Source: Octopus sinensis
Lineage: Eukaryota
Assembly: GCF_006345805.1 (NCBI RefSeq)
Contig: NC_042997.1
Location: 155,806,001-155,870,000 of the forward strand
Length of the DNA: 64,000 nt
Direction of reading: 5' to 3'
Part shown: positions 40,881 to 54,791 of the stretch, piece after piece
Layout of the letters: each line of letters begins with the position of its first letter
Position numbering within the stretch: position 1 is the stretch's first letter
Program-made: the position numbers and the translations under genes
Notes under the pieces: model-generated
What the model saw: the letters and a program-made list of their open reading frames with translations, nothing else
Databases searched by the model: none
Told to the model about the DNA's origin: nothing

Positions 40881-43800
40881 GATATCTTAAACACAATCTT
40901 TGCCAAATGTCGTGTCTCTTGCTAAAAAGCATTAAACTCAAAGAACACATGATGTAACATTTATTACCTGACGTAATATCAGGTTTATGTGCATAGTCTT
41001 TGTTCTTTTTTTCATGCATTAATAACAAGGTCCACAAATGAACATCCATAGAAAGGAGGTGATTTTGTTGCTCTTGTATTTTAATTCCAGAGTTTGGGAC
41101 AAAACTTGGATGTCTAATTAATTAAACTTTATAGGGGTTCCTTTACCAACTTACCAGTAAAGGAACTTCTGTATCAGTGCAGGATATGTGAAAATGATAC
41201 AGTTAGTACTGAGTCAGTGAAAGAAGCAATCTTTGGAATGAAAGATTATACATAGTATTAATACTTTCATTCCAACAATGATCATTCAATCTTTTTCTAG
41301 GAGCAATATACCCTGGAATGCATTATCCAATGTGTCGTTTTTTTCTAAGACAACAGAGTATAATGTAAGGAATATTTGGTTGAGTTATAGCAAGTTGGAT
41401 TCTTCTTGAATGGTTTAATTCATATGATGTGGCATCAAGAGACAGACATCAACATGTGTTGATGTATTAGATAGAATCAGTGAAACTCCTTGATCCAGAG
41501 GACTGGCTGGGTGTAACCCAACGGAAGAATTTCACATGAAGGTTAACATAATGTATTATTATTAGATGCAATTATGAAAGCAACACATATTGTTGATGGG
41601 AAATAGTATCATTCTATCAGAAGATGAGACTGTCTAGGATTGATCTCCTACAATAAAAAAAGTATTTGAGGAGTCGGGACAGAGTAAAAGCAACGATGTT
41701 TGTGGAAGAGGTGTTGCCAAAGTTTGCCTGAGTTTAATTAAAAAGGAAAGAAAATTAAGCTAGATTTAGTAGATATGTGCTTGTAAAAGACTACAATCCA
41801 TGGCTGCAATAAAGAATGCTCTATGGTATTTGTCCTGTCAGATTTGCAGAAAAAGGTTTCTTTTCACTCTTGCCGTCATGAATGCAGTGAACCTGTGCTT
41901 GACCCACTGTAAACCCGTAACCAACTATTGTTCACAAAATAGGTGAGTTATGACTTCTATTTTATTAAAGCTCAATACATTGCAAGTATGACATCATTGA
42001 ATAAACACAGATAGCTGGGAATATAGATGGATATAGCAAACATGTTTTTTTCTTTTATATTCCTGTGATCCCAAGGTTAGCCAGTGGAGACTTGTTAAAA
42101 ATCTGAACACTTTGTTGAGTTAGAGAAGTAGACATAATAGTACAGATGTTGCATTTTGACATACATGTGTGTGTTGAGTAAGTCAAATCTGAACTGTAGT
42201 TCATACTGAAGTCTGCCCTGGTTGAGCAGGCCTATAATCAAAGGTAGCCCAGCTGTGATTAACTTGTCTTTTTGTCCAGCTATTATAAAATTCATTGACA
42301 TTTATTGGCGTGTTAATTTTTTTAAGGTGGTAGGCTGTGATTTGAGAGATTTAGCTGTTATTAAGAAATTGAATAGAAGCTCACTGATCTGTTTGAATTG
42401 GTAGGATAGGCAATAACATTTTTGAAAATTTCAGGTGATGGAGAAATAATAGTTTATAGGAGGCACTTATGGAATTGGGGTGAGGGAACAGAAAAAAAAG
42501 AGAGAGATTGGGAGGTGTAGGCAGAATTTACACTGAATTTGAATTGTTTTGAATTTTAAATCTTTGATGCACAAATGGCACCTTATTATAGTTCTGAAAT
42601 GTAGAATGAGATTGATAGGAATACAAGTGCTAGGTTCAGGAAACAAGATCTGGAGGTTATTATCTAATGTCATTCTTAGTGTTAAGAAGCAAAAGGATCT
42701 AATTTGTAGTTTAAGCAGGGAAAGCTGGAATGCTGATGGGAAAAAGATATCATTTGTGGAAGTGCTAGGAAAGGAATTAGAGACAAATCAGCAAAAATAA
42801 CCATTCTTTGTTCCCCTACCCCACACTCACACAACAGAGTTGCTGTTGAGGACATTAGATTTCAAGCAACCAACATATAAATTGGACCAATTATAGTATT
42901 TTGTTGGCATGTAGGCAGTGTAATGAGACAATTTCAGACAGAACTGACTGGGCTTTTCATTGTTTGAAGTTATTATTAATACTATATAACAAGGCAATGA
43001 CATGGCAGGATTGTTAATATGACAGGCAAAATGCTTAGTGGATTTCTTCCAGCTCTTTATGTTTTATGTTCAAATACCACTGACACAGAAGTGAACTTAT
43101 CTTTCCATCCTTTCAGGGTTGATAAAATAAAGTACCAGCCGGGTACTGAAAGTTGATGTAATTGACTAACCTCTACTTACATTGCTAACCTTGTGCCAAA
43201 ATGTTAAACCATTATTAATACTGCAACAATATGATTCTAAGTTAACTAGTTGAATTATTATGATTAGTAGTTTACTTCTAAATAGTATGAAGATGGGACA
43301 GATCTCAACAGACTAAAACTTATAGAATCCCTTAGTATTTTTTCCTTAAAAAAAACGATCTTCTTACATGGCTGCTTAGCTGACTAGGGAATCTTGCTCA
43401 AATTATATCCACTGTCAGAAAATGGGATGGCCATCATTGGAATGCTTTTGAATAAAGGTCTACATGATAGAAGCTGATCTGAAGTCCAACAATAACTACA
43501 ACAAAAGACTTTATTAAAGAGTCAGCTTCTAATGATGTAGTTTGCTAAGCTCTGAGAATCCATGAACTAAAATAGAACATAAATTGAAGCCATATCATAG
43601 CATTACCAAAGACATCTGTTCACAATAAAAAGCACATTTACACTGAATGTAATAGAAAAATCTTAACTTCTATACCAAGCCTATGATAATCTAATTTCGC
43701 AATTCTAAAGAAAAATTCTTACAAATCCATTAAGGAGTGACTGATTTAGTTTGGAAAAGAAAAAAAGTCTTTGCCATGCATTCATTAACATATTAGAAAT

Positions 43801-44549
43801 TGACAGATTAGGAAAACTGAACTACAACAGTAAACTGGAATAATACTTTTGATATAAATCCAGACATTTTAACAGCCAAAGACACACACACACACACACA
43901 CACTTTCTCGCTCTTTCTAGAAGAGTAAAAACAATTTTTTTTTTACTTGGCAATTCTAACGATGCTAAAGAAACTTAGAGATACTTGGTCTGTTAAATGA
44001 AACAAAGAAAGAAAGTGGTGTCGGCAATAAAATATATCAGATATTTGTAGCCATGTTCTAATTAAGTAGAATGTAACCATTGCAAATGCTTTTAAATATT
44101 TCTTTTAAAAACAATAAGCAATTTGAAGTTGAGAATAAAAACTTAAAAACATTGAATTTTTTATTGAATAAAATTCTAAAAATTTATTGTTTAGTTTGGT
44201 AGAAACAAAACAAACAAAAAAATACACACTGCTCTAAGAAAAGGAGGATTGTTGAAAGAGCTCTTCCCATAAAATTAAAATGCACACACACACACACACC
44301 ACACACACACACAGAGAACAGCACCAGTATAGGATAGAAAAATGAAAGTCTTAAGTGTTCAAAGAAGTACTCAATACCTGTGTTGGGTAGAGTGGATGTA
44401 TCTATTTATTAACAAATGGCCCAACAAGAAGCTCAGTGCATTTTCACAGGTCTAGCAATAATAGTCAAACTCATTGCATCAGAGGAAAATTACTCGTATA
44501 TATTGAGTGTTCAACATATACAGGGAAACCAGGCATTGCCAACACTATA

Positions 44550-45145
44550 TATGTAACTAGTTCTAACATAAGGGTTGTCCACATAGTGGTCATCCCTCTT
44601 ATATGTATATAATACAATTTACTGAACTTTCAGATTTTAATATGCAAGACCACTGGTGTTAAATAGATGTTAATTTAATTAATATCCAATTTCTCACCCT
44701 CATTTTAAATTTAAATTAATATGTTCTCTAACTGGCAAAAGCTATTGCAGTAAATTATTTTCTGCAGTATAATTTTCCGGTAATTTAGCGTGCCAAAATG
44801 AGGATTTTTGAAAAATAACCGCAAGTGTAATAGGTAGAACTATATACAGGTCTGACCTCAAGCAGGCATCCCCATATATAGTTCTGCAAATTATATTTGT
44901 ATGGACAGTCACACTGAAGATCTACGGACAATTGTGTAAATAAAATTACGTAATCTGTTAATAGTAAAACATGTATGTGAATAATCTGTATTTTGTTACT
45001 TTACATTTGTCTTGCTCACTTACGTTCTGGTGTTTGCTAAATTTTTCTTGAGAACATTTCTTAGTGGTAAGACCATAGCGGATCTACTTCTAGCATAAGG
45101 GTTGTCCACATAGTGGTCATCCCTCTCATATGTATGTAACTAGTT
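44550..45145. repeat. Unit bounded by 48-bp direct repeats (46/48) and a duplicated 13-mer
   Basis: 44561-44608 matches 45088-45135; tatgtaactagtt at 44550-44562 and 45133-45145. Confidence 0.9.
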
Positions 45146-48100
45146 ATATATGTTGAAGTCAGCAATAACTGGTTACCCAATGCATTTTGAATATGTACAA
45201 ATATGTACAGACACACACATATACACAGATACAAATACCCATAAATACACACATTATGTGTGTGTGTGTGTGTGTGTGCGTGTGTGGAAAAGCAATTTTG
45301 CTGTTTTTTAGCCCACACAAGCTTTTTACTAAAAAGGGATTAATCACTTGAATTTTCAACCAGCTATTTTCTTGCTTTATGTTATATGCAAATAACACAT
45401 GTACACCATTATTTAAGACAATAAATGAATATATATATATATATATATATATATTGCAAATATTAAAATGTCACATATTATTATGTCACATAATAGGCTT
45501 TTGTCATTATGCAGTTTATTATCTTCTGTGGATTTGTTTAAAATACATCTCATTTTATCACAAGTCTTGGTTATTTCCTTTATCCACTGCATCCTTAACA
45601 CACCATGTATTCTTTCCCCTTCACTTCAACAATGATTATGTCATAATACAAAACTGTCCAAAGTGCTAATAGAATTCTTCCTAATATTCTGTATCCCATA
45701 ATTCTAATCTAATCCTTTATAAGAATTCTATGTTCGTCAATTAACTAAAAAAAAAAAGAAGAAAAAAAAAAAAGAAAATTCACATTGCACACAAAATATT
45801 AATTCATGGCTTTAACAATTAAAATTATTCTAGAGGTTCTCTTTCTCTTTACAGGTAAGGATAATTCACATAAAAATGAAAACTGCTTCATACAAATTTA
45901 TCTGTTCATAAAATATATGAGAAAGGTATAAAGATGTGTATGTGTGGCTGTGTATTATATATTATATACGGTAACCCTTTAGAATTCTGTCTGTACATGT
46001 TTTTCCTGCACCTATTTAAAAGGAATGTTAAACACATCAATTTCACCAATCAGGGAAAGCAGGTAAAGGTCATAGGTACAGGCCCTTCCACCAGACCAAT
46101 CAAATACAAAACATGCATGTGCATGAACCCACATGCATGCATGTAGACACAAACAACCAAACTTTTGTTTGGCACAAATATAAAGGAATTTTCTTCACAC
46201 CATCAATCAAACTGAGAAATTTTATATAGGATTCTTTTACTTCTCATTAATTCATATTTTCCATAAATTAAAAAAAAAAAAGAAGTATTGCTTTGTACAT
46301 TTATGTTGATTGAATTAAATCCAAAATGTTAAAAAGACTGTCCTATCTTTGAAAGATTATATTTAAATGTTGGATTATTTGACTACATTGGACTGCATAG
46401 TTGACTATTTTGTTGAGATCAAAATATTAAAGAATTTAATCAAGGTGTTTCATTGCTTTCAATAGAATAATTCCTAAGTACATGGTTTTATTAAAGTAAG
46501 ATTACAGGCAAGATCTGTACTAAAATTTTAGCACGTTAAAAGTGAATCAGAGAGACTGCTTTTGATGGTTTTGTTTAAACACTACTGAAAATTAAGTAGA
46601 CTATCACAATGATTCATATAAGCTTGTATTCTAAAAAAATATTAAGTAAAAAAAAATAACTCCTGGAAAAATTGCCTTAATTTAAATTGTTTAACATCAA
46701 AATAAATCTAATCTAGAAGACCTGTGATAAAAGATGTTCCTTCAGTGACTTCCCTAACCACTACTTTTTTCTCCCTCACAGTGTATCAATCTAAAACTAA
46801 ATAATCTAAGGTGTCCTTGCCATTTGAAAGCAGTAGAGTGTAATTTGGGGAGAACTGGTTGCTAGGAAGAGACCAATTTGACTATCCTATTTTTTTCTCC
46901 TAAGTGTATCTATAGTTACGCCGTTAAAGGTGTCTTTGTTTTCTTATAGACAGCAGGGTATAATTTGGAGAGATTTAGTTGCTATTTCTAGTAGAACAAT
47001 TAACCACATTGAGTCTGTTTCTCTCTTTCTCTCTCTAAGTGGTCTGAAAAGTTGGTGATCAGGGTTCTACCTTTATTATCACTAGCCTCCCTGCTCCCTC
47101 CAAAAAAAATCAAATTACAAGATTTAGTTAACTCTCTTCCCCATGTCTAAACTACTCTTTAAATTATAGATCCAATTAGTCTGAAAGCAGAATAACATCC
47201 ACATTATAGCCTTAGATATGGGGAAATTCTAATTAAGTAATCCATAGATTCATGGAATATCTTTCATCACATTCAATAACAAATATTCATTTAAAGACTA
47301 GCTTCATCATAATCTGAGTGAAATCTGACCAAAATGATTATTAAGGAGATTGGGTAAGATAGAGAGGTGAACGAGAATGAAAACTGCCTTACAAAAAGTA
47401 AATCAATACAAAAGAAACAATTTTTGGTTGGGGGCAGCATCAAAGGATAACCTGATAACCTAGCAAAAGGTAATTAAATTAGTAGCAATTTTAGCAGTGC
47501 TGAAGCCTGAAAATGAATGAGAAGTAATTCTTAATAAAGATGGAAAATTTGGTGTGTAAGGGTCAAAGGTGCACGATTCGTTAAGAAGCACTCTTAGAAA
47601 CAATATTAGACTTGGTGATTTATATTTTGACAATTTCTAGCCAATCATCAGACATGACTTAACATAATCAGGTTCATTTCTCATGGCTTAATACACCATT
47701 AAAAATATTCAAGAGAACCAACAGGGAGGTGCAATTAAGGGAGGGTCTCTTATAAAGTAGGCCATTTCTTTGTTAGTAATCTGTTAAGCATTGCATCAAG
47801 TACACTGCCATAGAGACAGTTTGAGCAGCAACCTTGATATTGAAGGAAATGATTACAGCTTACAAAGTAAACCGCTCTTGTCTAAATACCAGTAACAACT
47901 AGTCTAGCTTTCAGTTAAGAAATAACAGATTTAGTTCCATTGGAAAGTCTCTGATATATTGGAAAGTATGTGCAAAATAAAGATTGATGTAATAAATTAC
48001 TTGAAAAAGCTAACTGGTTTCACAGCAGTTATAATGAATGGAAAGAGAAAAGCTGCAAGCTCAATCAGAGTAATAAATAATTTACTTGCTCTTTACATAT

Positions 48101-48802
48101 GATTGTCATTGTAGGTGCAGAAATCAAAACAAAATATTAACTCCTAAGAAGAACATACAGAAAAAAAAAAAAAAAATATCACCACTAACAACAACAACAG
48201 CCACACCATACCTCTTTCATAAATACCTGTGTGTGTGTGTGCACGCGCATGCCCTTATCTTTACACCATGTGGTAATTGTGAAGAAGCATCATCATCATA
48301 TAAAAAATGCTGTTCATTTCCAGTCTTCCATAAAAAAAAATTAGGTCTGGTCATGGGAAAGGTTAATTCAGGAAGGACATCTTAGCAGTAGAAAATCTGT
48401 CTTAACTAATTGCATCTGATCCATGCAAGCATGAAAAAGTAAATGTTAAATGCTGATAATGATGAGGAGGAGAAGAAGGAACTCATTCAATACTAACTGG
48501 CCTAAAGATGTCCAAGATGTTATGCTATGAATCTACCCGAAACCACCTATATTAAAGTGTTTATATTTAAATTATAATCTCAACTAAAATCTAGTTAGAT
48601 GAATGATAATTTTGGATTTCAGAAGGTAAAAATCTCAACATGATTTTACATAAGAACCTTCAGTTGTGCATTACAAATACCAGCTTAGTAGCTGGTAGGC
48701 TGGTGAAGGAAGCCTCTTCGTAATCATTTAATCTGTGAGAAATAGTAGCAAATCTACCTTTTTAAATAAGGAAAGAATATATTTGATAATGTAGTCCTAT
48801 GT

Positions 48803-48839
<37 letters not shown>

Positions 48840-50294
48840 GGAGAAAGAGACAAATCGAGAGAGAAATAGAGAGTGGTCAATGCTGGAATATCTGTGATCA
48901 TAGGTAGGTCTGCTCAACCAATGTTGACACGGGGCAAAACAACCACCACTGGTCAAAAAATGAGAATGTGTGAGTTATTTTATTAAACAACTCCTAAGCT
49001 GGGATTATTCTGAAAATTTACTGAAACACAGGTAATAGTGTATTGGTTATCAGGAATATGTTTAGGTAAGAGTTAAGAGTAGAAACGTGTTTTATTGTTG
49101 TACAGTTACAGAACCATTTCACTGATGCATTAGAATCAGAAGAAAAACAAAATACTCGAAGAAACTAACAGATACCTCATTGAAGAACATTAAAATTAAC
49201 TTTTTACAAATAACTTAACAACAGACCATGAGCAGATAGCTTTGGTTTAGTTTCCATATATATTAATGTGAAAACATCTACACATGAATGTATAGCATTG
49301 TCACAACAATATAGTGTGGAAAACTATCCACACATCACTGAAATAGATGAAAACCAACAGTATACTGTTCAATGAAATCTCATTAACTCTAAAACAAACT
49401 ATAAACTGAATTGAAATAACAACACACCATTGGAACAACATTCACTAGAATTAAAACAACAGAAATGCTAATACAAAATGAATTTGAAGATAATGGTATT
49501 CTTGTTTGGCTCCTGGTCAGCCCTGATCATTCCATCAATTTGTACACTAAAAAACTGGAACTAAACAACAATACTCAATGTTTTCTACTTTAAATTCCCA
49601 TCTCTCAAAGTCTTACACCACCAACATATATATATATATATATATATTGTTTGATGCCTAGAATTTTGAATGAGTCATAAAGCTACTATAACTTTGACAT
49701 ACCTACCACCTTCTCTATGAAGATTATGGAGAGACCTTTTCCCGCATAATTAAACAAAGAAAAAATGGAATAAACACAATGATAGCTATTGACCTAATGA
49801 TGCCAACTAACTTTGGTATGAAGGGAATCAAAGCATGACTAAAGAATTTTATAACACAGATTAGATGCCACAAATGCTTGTTATTTTCTTCAAAACTATT
49901 TTTACATGCTCTAATGGTAATGCTAGCAGCAACACAAGTAAATTAATGACATCAACCAGATCTGACCGACAAGGTAAATATTACAATGAAAGTGCCTTTT
50001 TGCTACCATAAGTAAATACAGTAAGAATGAGATATCCTGTTCCCAAGAACAAAAAGGGACAAAATTTAGCACCAATACTGATTGCTACCATTTTAGTACA
50101 GGGTCACAAATCATAGGCCAGGGGCAGCTAGTTAAATTGACCCCAGCACTTAAATAGTACTTATTTTATTGTAAATATAAAGAATGGTAATCAAAGTAAA
50201 CTTCTGGCATGATTTCTGAGAAAGCCCCCCCAAAAAGTAACTAAATTCTATCAAATATTTTGTTTAGCACTCTACTGTTCACCATTCTCTAAAT

Positions 50295-51522
50295 GTGGCA
50301 TTACTAAGAATGAAATGACCGATTTTCAATTGAAAGTTTATTTCACTTTATCTCAAACAAAGCAATGCAGTTATTCAAAGTATGTACCTAAATTATCAAC
50401 ATAATTTTGCCATTTTACTGGGAGCTTATTTATACCGGCAGCAAAGAATTCTGGAGAGCAAGAGGTGATGAAATCATAAAAGACTGTTTTTGCATCAACT
50501 ACAGATTTGAAGTTTTTTCCTTGCAAAAAGTTGTCTAATGCCTGGAAAACATGATAGTCAATTGGTGCAAGGTCTGGTGAATATGGTGGATGACAGAGTA
50601 CTTCCAAGTTCAGTTCCTGTAACTGGAGTAGCGTTCTTTGTGCAACATGTGGTTGAGCATTGTCTTGCAAGAGAATTGGCCTGTCTCTATTGACCAATCT
50701 CAGGTGTTTAATTGCAAGTTCACTCATCACTTCATCCAATTAGTTGATGTATACATCCGCTGTAATTGACAGGTCTCATGAAGCTGTAGTGGATGACACC
50801 AGCACTGGGCCACCAAACAGAAACCATTAGCTTTTTTTGGTGAATATTCTTTTTTGGATTGTGTTTTGGCACTTTGTCTCTATCCAACCACCATGCAGAA
50901 CGCTTGCCATTGTTGAAAAGAAACCATTTTTCATCACATGTAACAATACAATGCAAAAATGGTTCACTTTTATGGTGTGACAGCAAAGAACAGCAAGTTT
51001 CAAGACAACATGTCATTTGATGCTCATTCAGTTTGTGTGGTACCCACCTGTCCAGCTTCTTTACCTTGCTGATTTGTTTTAGATGGTTCAATACAGTTGG
51101 AATCAAAACATCAAACCTTGCTGCTAACTCGTGTAGTTTGAGAGGTATCTGTTTCCACTACAGTTTCCAGCTCGTCATTATCCACCTTGGTCTCAGGCCT
51201 ACCATGGGGCTGATTTTCAAGAGTAAAGTCACCAGACCAGAACTTCTCAAACCAGTGATGTACAGTGCACTCATTCATTACATCTCATCAATGTTTTGAA
51301 TTGTCTGGGATGCATTGGTTCCATGACAGAACTCATATTCATAAGTAACACAAATTTTTTATCTATCCATGGGTTCATAAAAAATGATTCATAAGAGAAA
51401 ACACAATATAATCAAACACCATGAATTGTATTTCAAAAATGTGATGATATAACTCTTCAATGTTAACAACTGTTAAACATGATGCATAAGAAAATTGGAC
51501 ATTTCATTCTTAATGGCCTGAT
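50295..51522 (-). mobile_element. Decayed mariner-family DNA transposon (about 1.23 kb)
   Basis: Degenerate TIRs: taagaatgaaatgaccgattttc (about 50305-50327) versus gaaaattggacatttcattctta (51490-51512). Transposase remnants inside. Exact outer ends uncertain. Confidence 0.88.
50371..51370 (-). pseudogene. Mariner transposase pseudogene
   Basis: ORFs 50732..51106(-) and 50371..50739(-) carry WVPHKL, TCDEKW, LLQDNAQPH and YSPDLAPIDYH. Presumed start ATG at 51370 is followed by an in-frame stop; the frame is broken by frameshifts. Confidence 0.92.
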
Positions 51523-51780
51523 GAGTATATATCTCTCATAAACAAAGGAATATTACATAATGTCATCCCAGTTACAGTAGCTATTAAAAAAAAAAACTAG
51601 ATGGGATGGTCATGGCAGTAATACCTTTGACTAAATCTTCTACAGGATTGATAATATAACAGTAGTTTAAGCCCTTTTTGTGAGTGTATATCTTATGAAC
51701 TACACTGCTCATGTGTTTTAATTAGTTTTGAAATCAAGAATTTGAAGAGACTGTTTGTTGCATAGAATTATAAATGAAAG

Positions 51781-51848
51781 ATTTTAATTTAAATATGATT
51801 CAAAATTTTAATTTAAATGTGATGCAAGATTTTAATTTAAATATGATA
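51781..51848. repeat. 24-bp tandem repeat, about 2.8 copies (attttaatttaaatatgattcaaa)
   Basis: Direct reading of the sequence. Confidence 0.85.
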
Positions 51849-52569
51849 TTTTTAAAACAATGGTCTCAGGCAAGTTGGTATTTCAGGAGTTAAGGAAACT
51901 AAAGCAATGGCTGAAGACAAAGGAATAAGATGTAAACAAGATGATATTAAAATTACATTTAGTATTTGTACTTATGTACAAGGTTATAACAAAGTGGTAC
52001 CATTAGAGGATGAAAAAAGACGAAAAAGATTTGAAATGAGTATATAAGATGGTGGTTTGACAAGTAGTAATGACAAATAATGATATCCCTTTCTATCATA
52101 TAGGACTGAAAAATCTCACAATGACTACTAATTAATTAAAAAGAGAAAGAAGGGAGTAGAATATCAGAGAATAGATGATGAATATAAGCTGTAGACTTTG
52201 GTATAATTTATTATTGGTATGGTTGAAACAAAGGAATGGGAGGGGTAGAGTTGACTGATTTAGTCTTTGTAAAACATTTATTTTATTGACTCAGAAAGGA
52301 TGAAAGGCAAAGTCAACAGGGATGGAAATAAATACTGCAAGACAGTTTAGCAATACCATTTATGCCACTACACCTCCCTGATACAACTAAACTTAATGAA
52401 CCAAGATAAACCTCAGCAAAGTCACTTGACCTCCTTGAAGTAAGGGTTCAATCTCCCTCATATCACAACCTAACTGACTTAGAAAACCTTTGATCATAGA
52501 ACCTGAGCTGAGCTGGAGCTAAACAATAACTAAACATTAAAAGAAGGACTATAACTCTTATCTTTTTAA

Positions 52570-52788
52570 CCCTTTCATTACCATATTTATTTTGAGATGC
52601 CCTGTGTTTCTTTCAATTATTTTATATATAACAAAGAATTTAGTAAAATAACTTAGTTACCATTAAGCTAGTGTTAATAACAAATTGTGGCTAAGGTTTG
52701 CTGGAAGATTTTAATTTAAAACTTAAGAAAACAAGACATTTATACTACAGAGCCAGAGGCGGTTTTGGCCCGGCTGGTAATGAAAGGG
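52570..52788. mobile_element. piggyBac-like MITE, family 1, second copy
   Basis: TIR ccctttcattacc ... ggtaatgaaaggg with TTAA at 52566-52569 and 52789-52792; body clearly homologous to 17669-17879. Confidence 0.88.
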
Positions 52789-53598
52789 TTAATCTGTTTC
52801 AGTCATTAGATCGCAGCCATGCTGGGACCTTAAAGAAACTTAGACAAGCAAAAGAACTCCAGTCCAATTTTTTTATGCCTGGTATTTATTCTATCACTTT
52901 CTTTTGCTGAACTTCTAAATTATGGGGATGTAAACATACCAACACCAGTTGTGAAGTGGCAGTAGGAGACTGTATGTGTGTATACACATACACGAGGAGT
53001 TTCTTTCAGTTTCTGTCTACCATATCCACTGAGAAGGCTTTGGTTGGCCCAAGGCTATAGTAAAAGACACTTACTTGTCCAAGGTGCTATGCAGTAGGAC
53101 TGAACGTAAAGCCATGTGGTTGGGAAGCAAACTTCTTATCACAGCCACACCTGTGCTTATAAAAATGCATGTGCACAACAAGGTGCAGAACCCACAACTC
53201 TGAGATTAAGAATCTTAAAGTAATTGAAGGAATATCTGTTTTAATAACACATAACCTCAATTAAAGACAAGTGTGTGGAGAGAAAGAAAGGTGGGTGTAT
53301 AACAGAATTAAGAATTCAATAGTTATATAGAAAATTTTAAATGTGTCTCCCTTCCCTTTCTTTTATTTTTTGTCGCTAAAACAAAAAGGCTCAGAAGGAA
53401 ATTTGGATAAATTGCTAAAAATTTCAGCTAGTATTTACAGTATATAGAACACAAGGATTCTACGAAATCTGTCTCTCATGAAAGAAAATTCTTTGGAAAG
53501 ATTAGCAAAGGTTTGATGTAATTTCTCACCAAATTTATTATCAGCTTTACTATTAATTTGTTTACATTTTCAGGAGACTTTTAGAGTGTGTGTGTGTG

Positions 53599-53637
<39 letters not shown>

Positions 53638-54050
53638 ACTCTAATTGAGACGATACCAAGATGTTTGCCAGTTAATTATGAGAACTGTGTTAAAGGATTA
53701 AATGGTGGAGAGAAAAGAGAAGTTTTCAATGGAAGCAAGCAACAGGAAAGAGAAAAACAAAAACAGAACAAAACCTTTTAGGATCAATGTATGTGGCATT
53801 TAATTAACTCAACTGATTGGGAATGGTTTTGGTTTTTAATTCTCAATCAGTTGTGGAAGATATTAGTTTCCATGATAAATAGTTGATGTAGATGCCCTTT
53901 GAAAATAAAAATAAAAAAAAAAAAAACCCTCTCCAATTTCCTCTCTTCTCTATGTTCAAATTAAAAAAAAAAAAGATTATGCACTTGCTTTCTTGAAGCA
54001 CACATTTCTATATGACACACATCGTCAATAAGGAAGCAGTATTCTTCAGT

Positions 54051-54430
54051 CATCATCATCAGTTAATATCAGTCTTTCATGCTGGCATGGGTTAGATGGT
54101 TTGACAGGAGCTGGCTAGGCAGAAGACTGCACCAAGCTCCACTTTCTGTTTTGGCATGATTTTTATGGCTGGATGCCCTTCCTAATGCCAACCCATTCAG
54201 CGTTGAAGAATATCATCATCATTATCATCGTTTAGCGTCCGCTTTCCATGCTAGTATGGGTTGGACGGTTCAACTGGGGTTTAGGAAGCCAGAAGGCTGC
54301 ACCAGGCCCAGTCTGATCTGGCAATGGTTCTATGGCTGGATGCCCTTCCTAACGCCAACCACTGTGAGTGTGGTGGGTGCTTTTACGTGCCAGACGAGGC
54401 TGGCAAACAGCCACGATCGGATGGTGTTTG
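54051..54430 (-). mobile_element. Two tandem or nested RTE-type LINE 3' ends
   Basis: Two (CAT)n tails (54051, 54208) each followed by the ctttccatgct.gcatgggtt motif. Confidence 0.72.
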
Positions 54431-54791
54431 CATTCTTTTACTTGTTACAGTCTTTCCTGACTGTGACCATGCTGGGACACCAACTTCACAGGTTTTTTTT
54501 TACCAATTATATCAAAACCAGTACTTTGTGTGGCACTTTGCATAAAGGGACCTTAATATCTAAATACCACAACATATTTTTGTTTGATGTACTGACTTAC
54601 ACAAACACACACAGAGAGGATTTTTCAGTCCTATATAATAATAAGGGAAATTATTATTTGTCACTACTGCTGCTTGTCAAACCACCATCTTATATAGAAA
54701 GAGAGAGAGAGAGGTTTTTGTAATATCTTTGCCAACCAAACCTTACTCACAAAGTATTTATTGATTAACCTAAGGCTATAGTAAATAGATT

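Noticed and set aside
45700-45747. Minus-strand LIDEHRILIKD after a T-rich acceptor-like site
   Set aside because: In-frame stop after 11 codons and no donor; the LIDE match is coincidental.
49090-50060. A-rich decayed coding-like region with EFEDNGILxxL (Penelope RT-like) and IRCHKC (zinc-knuckle-like) fragments
   Set aside because: Motifs too short and degenerate to assign a family by eye.
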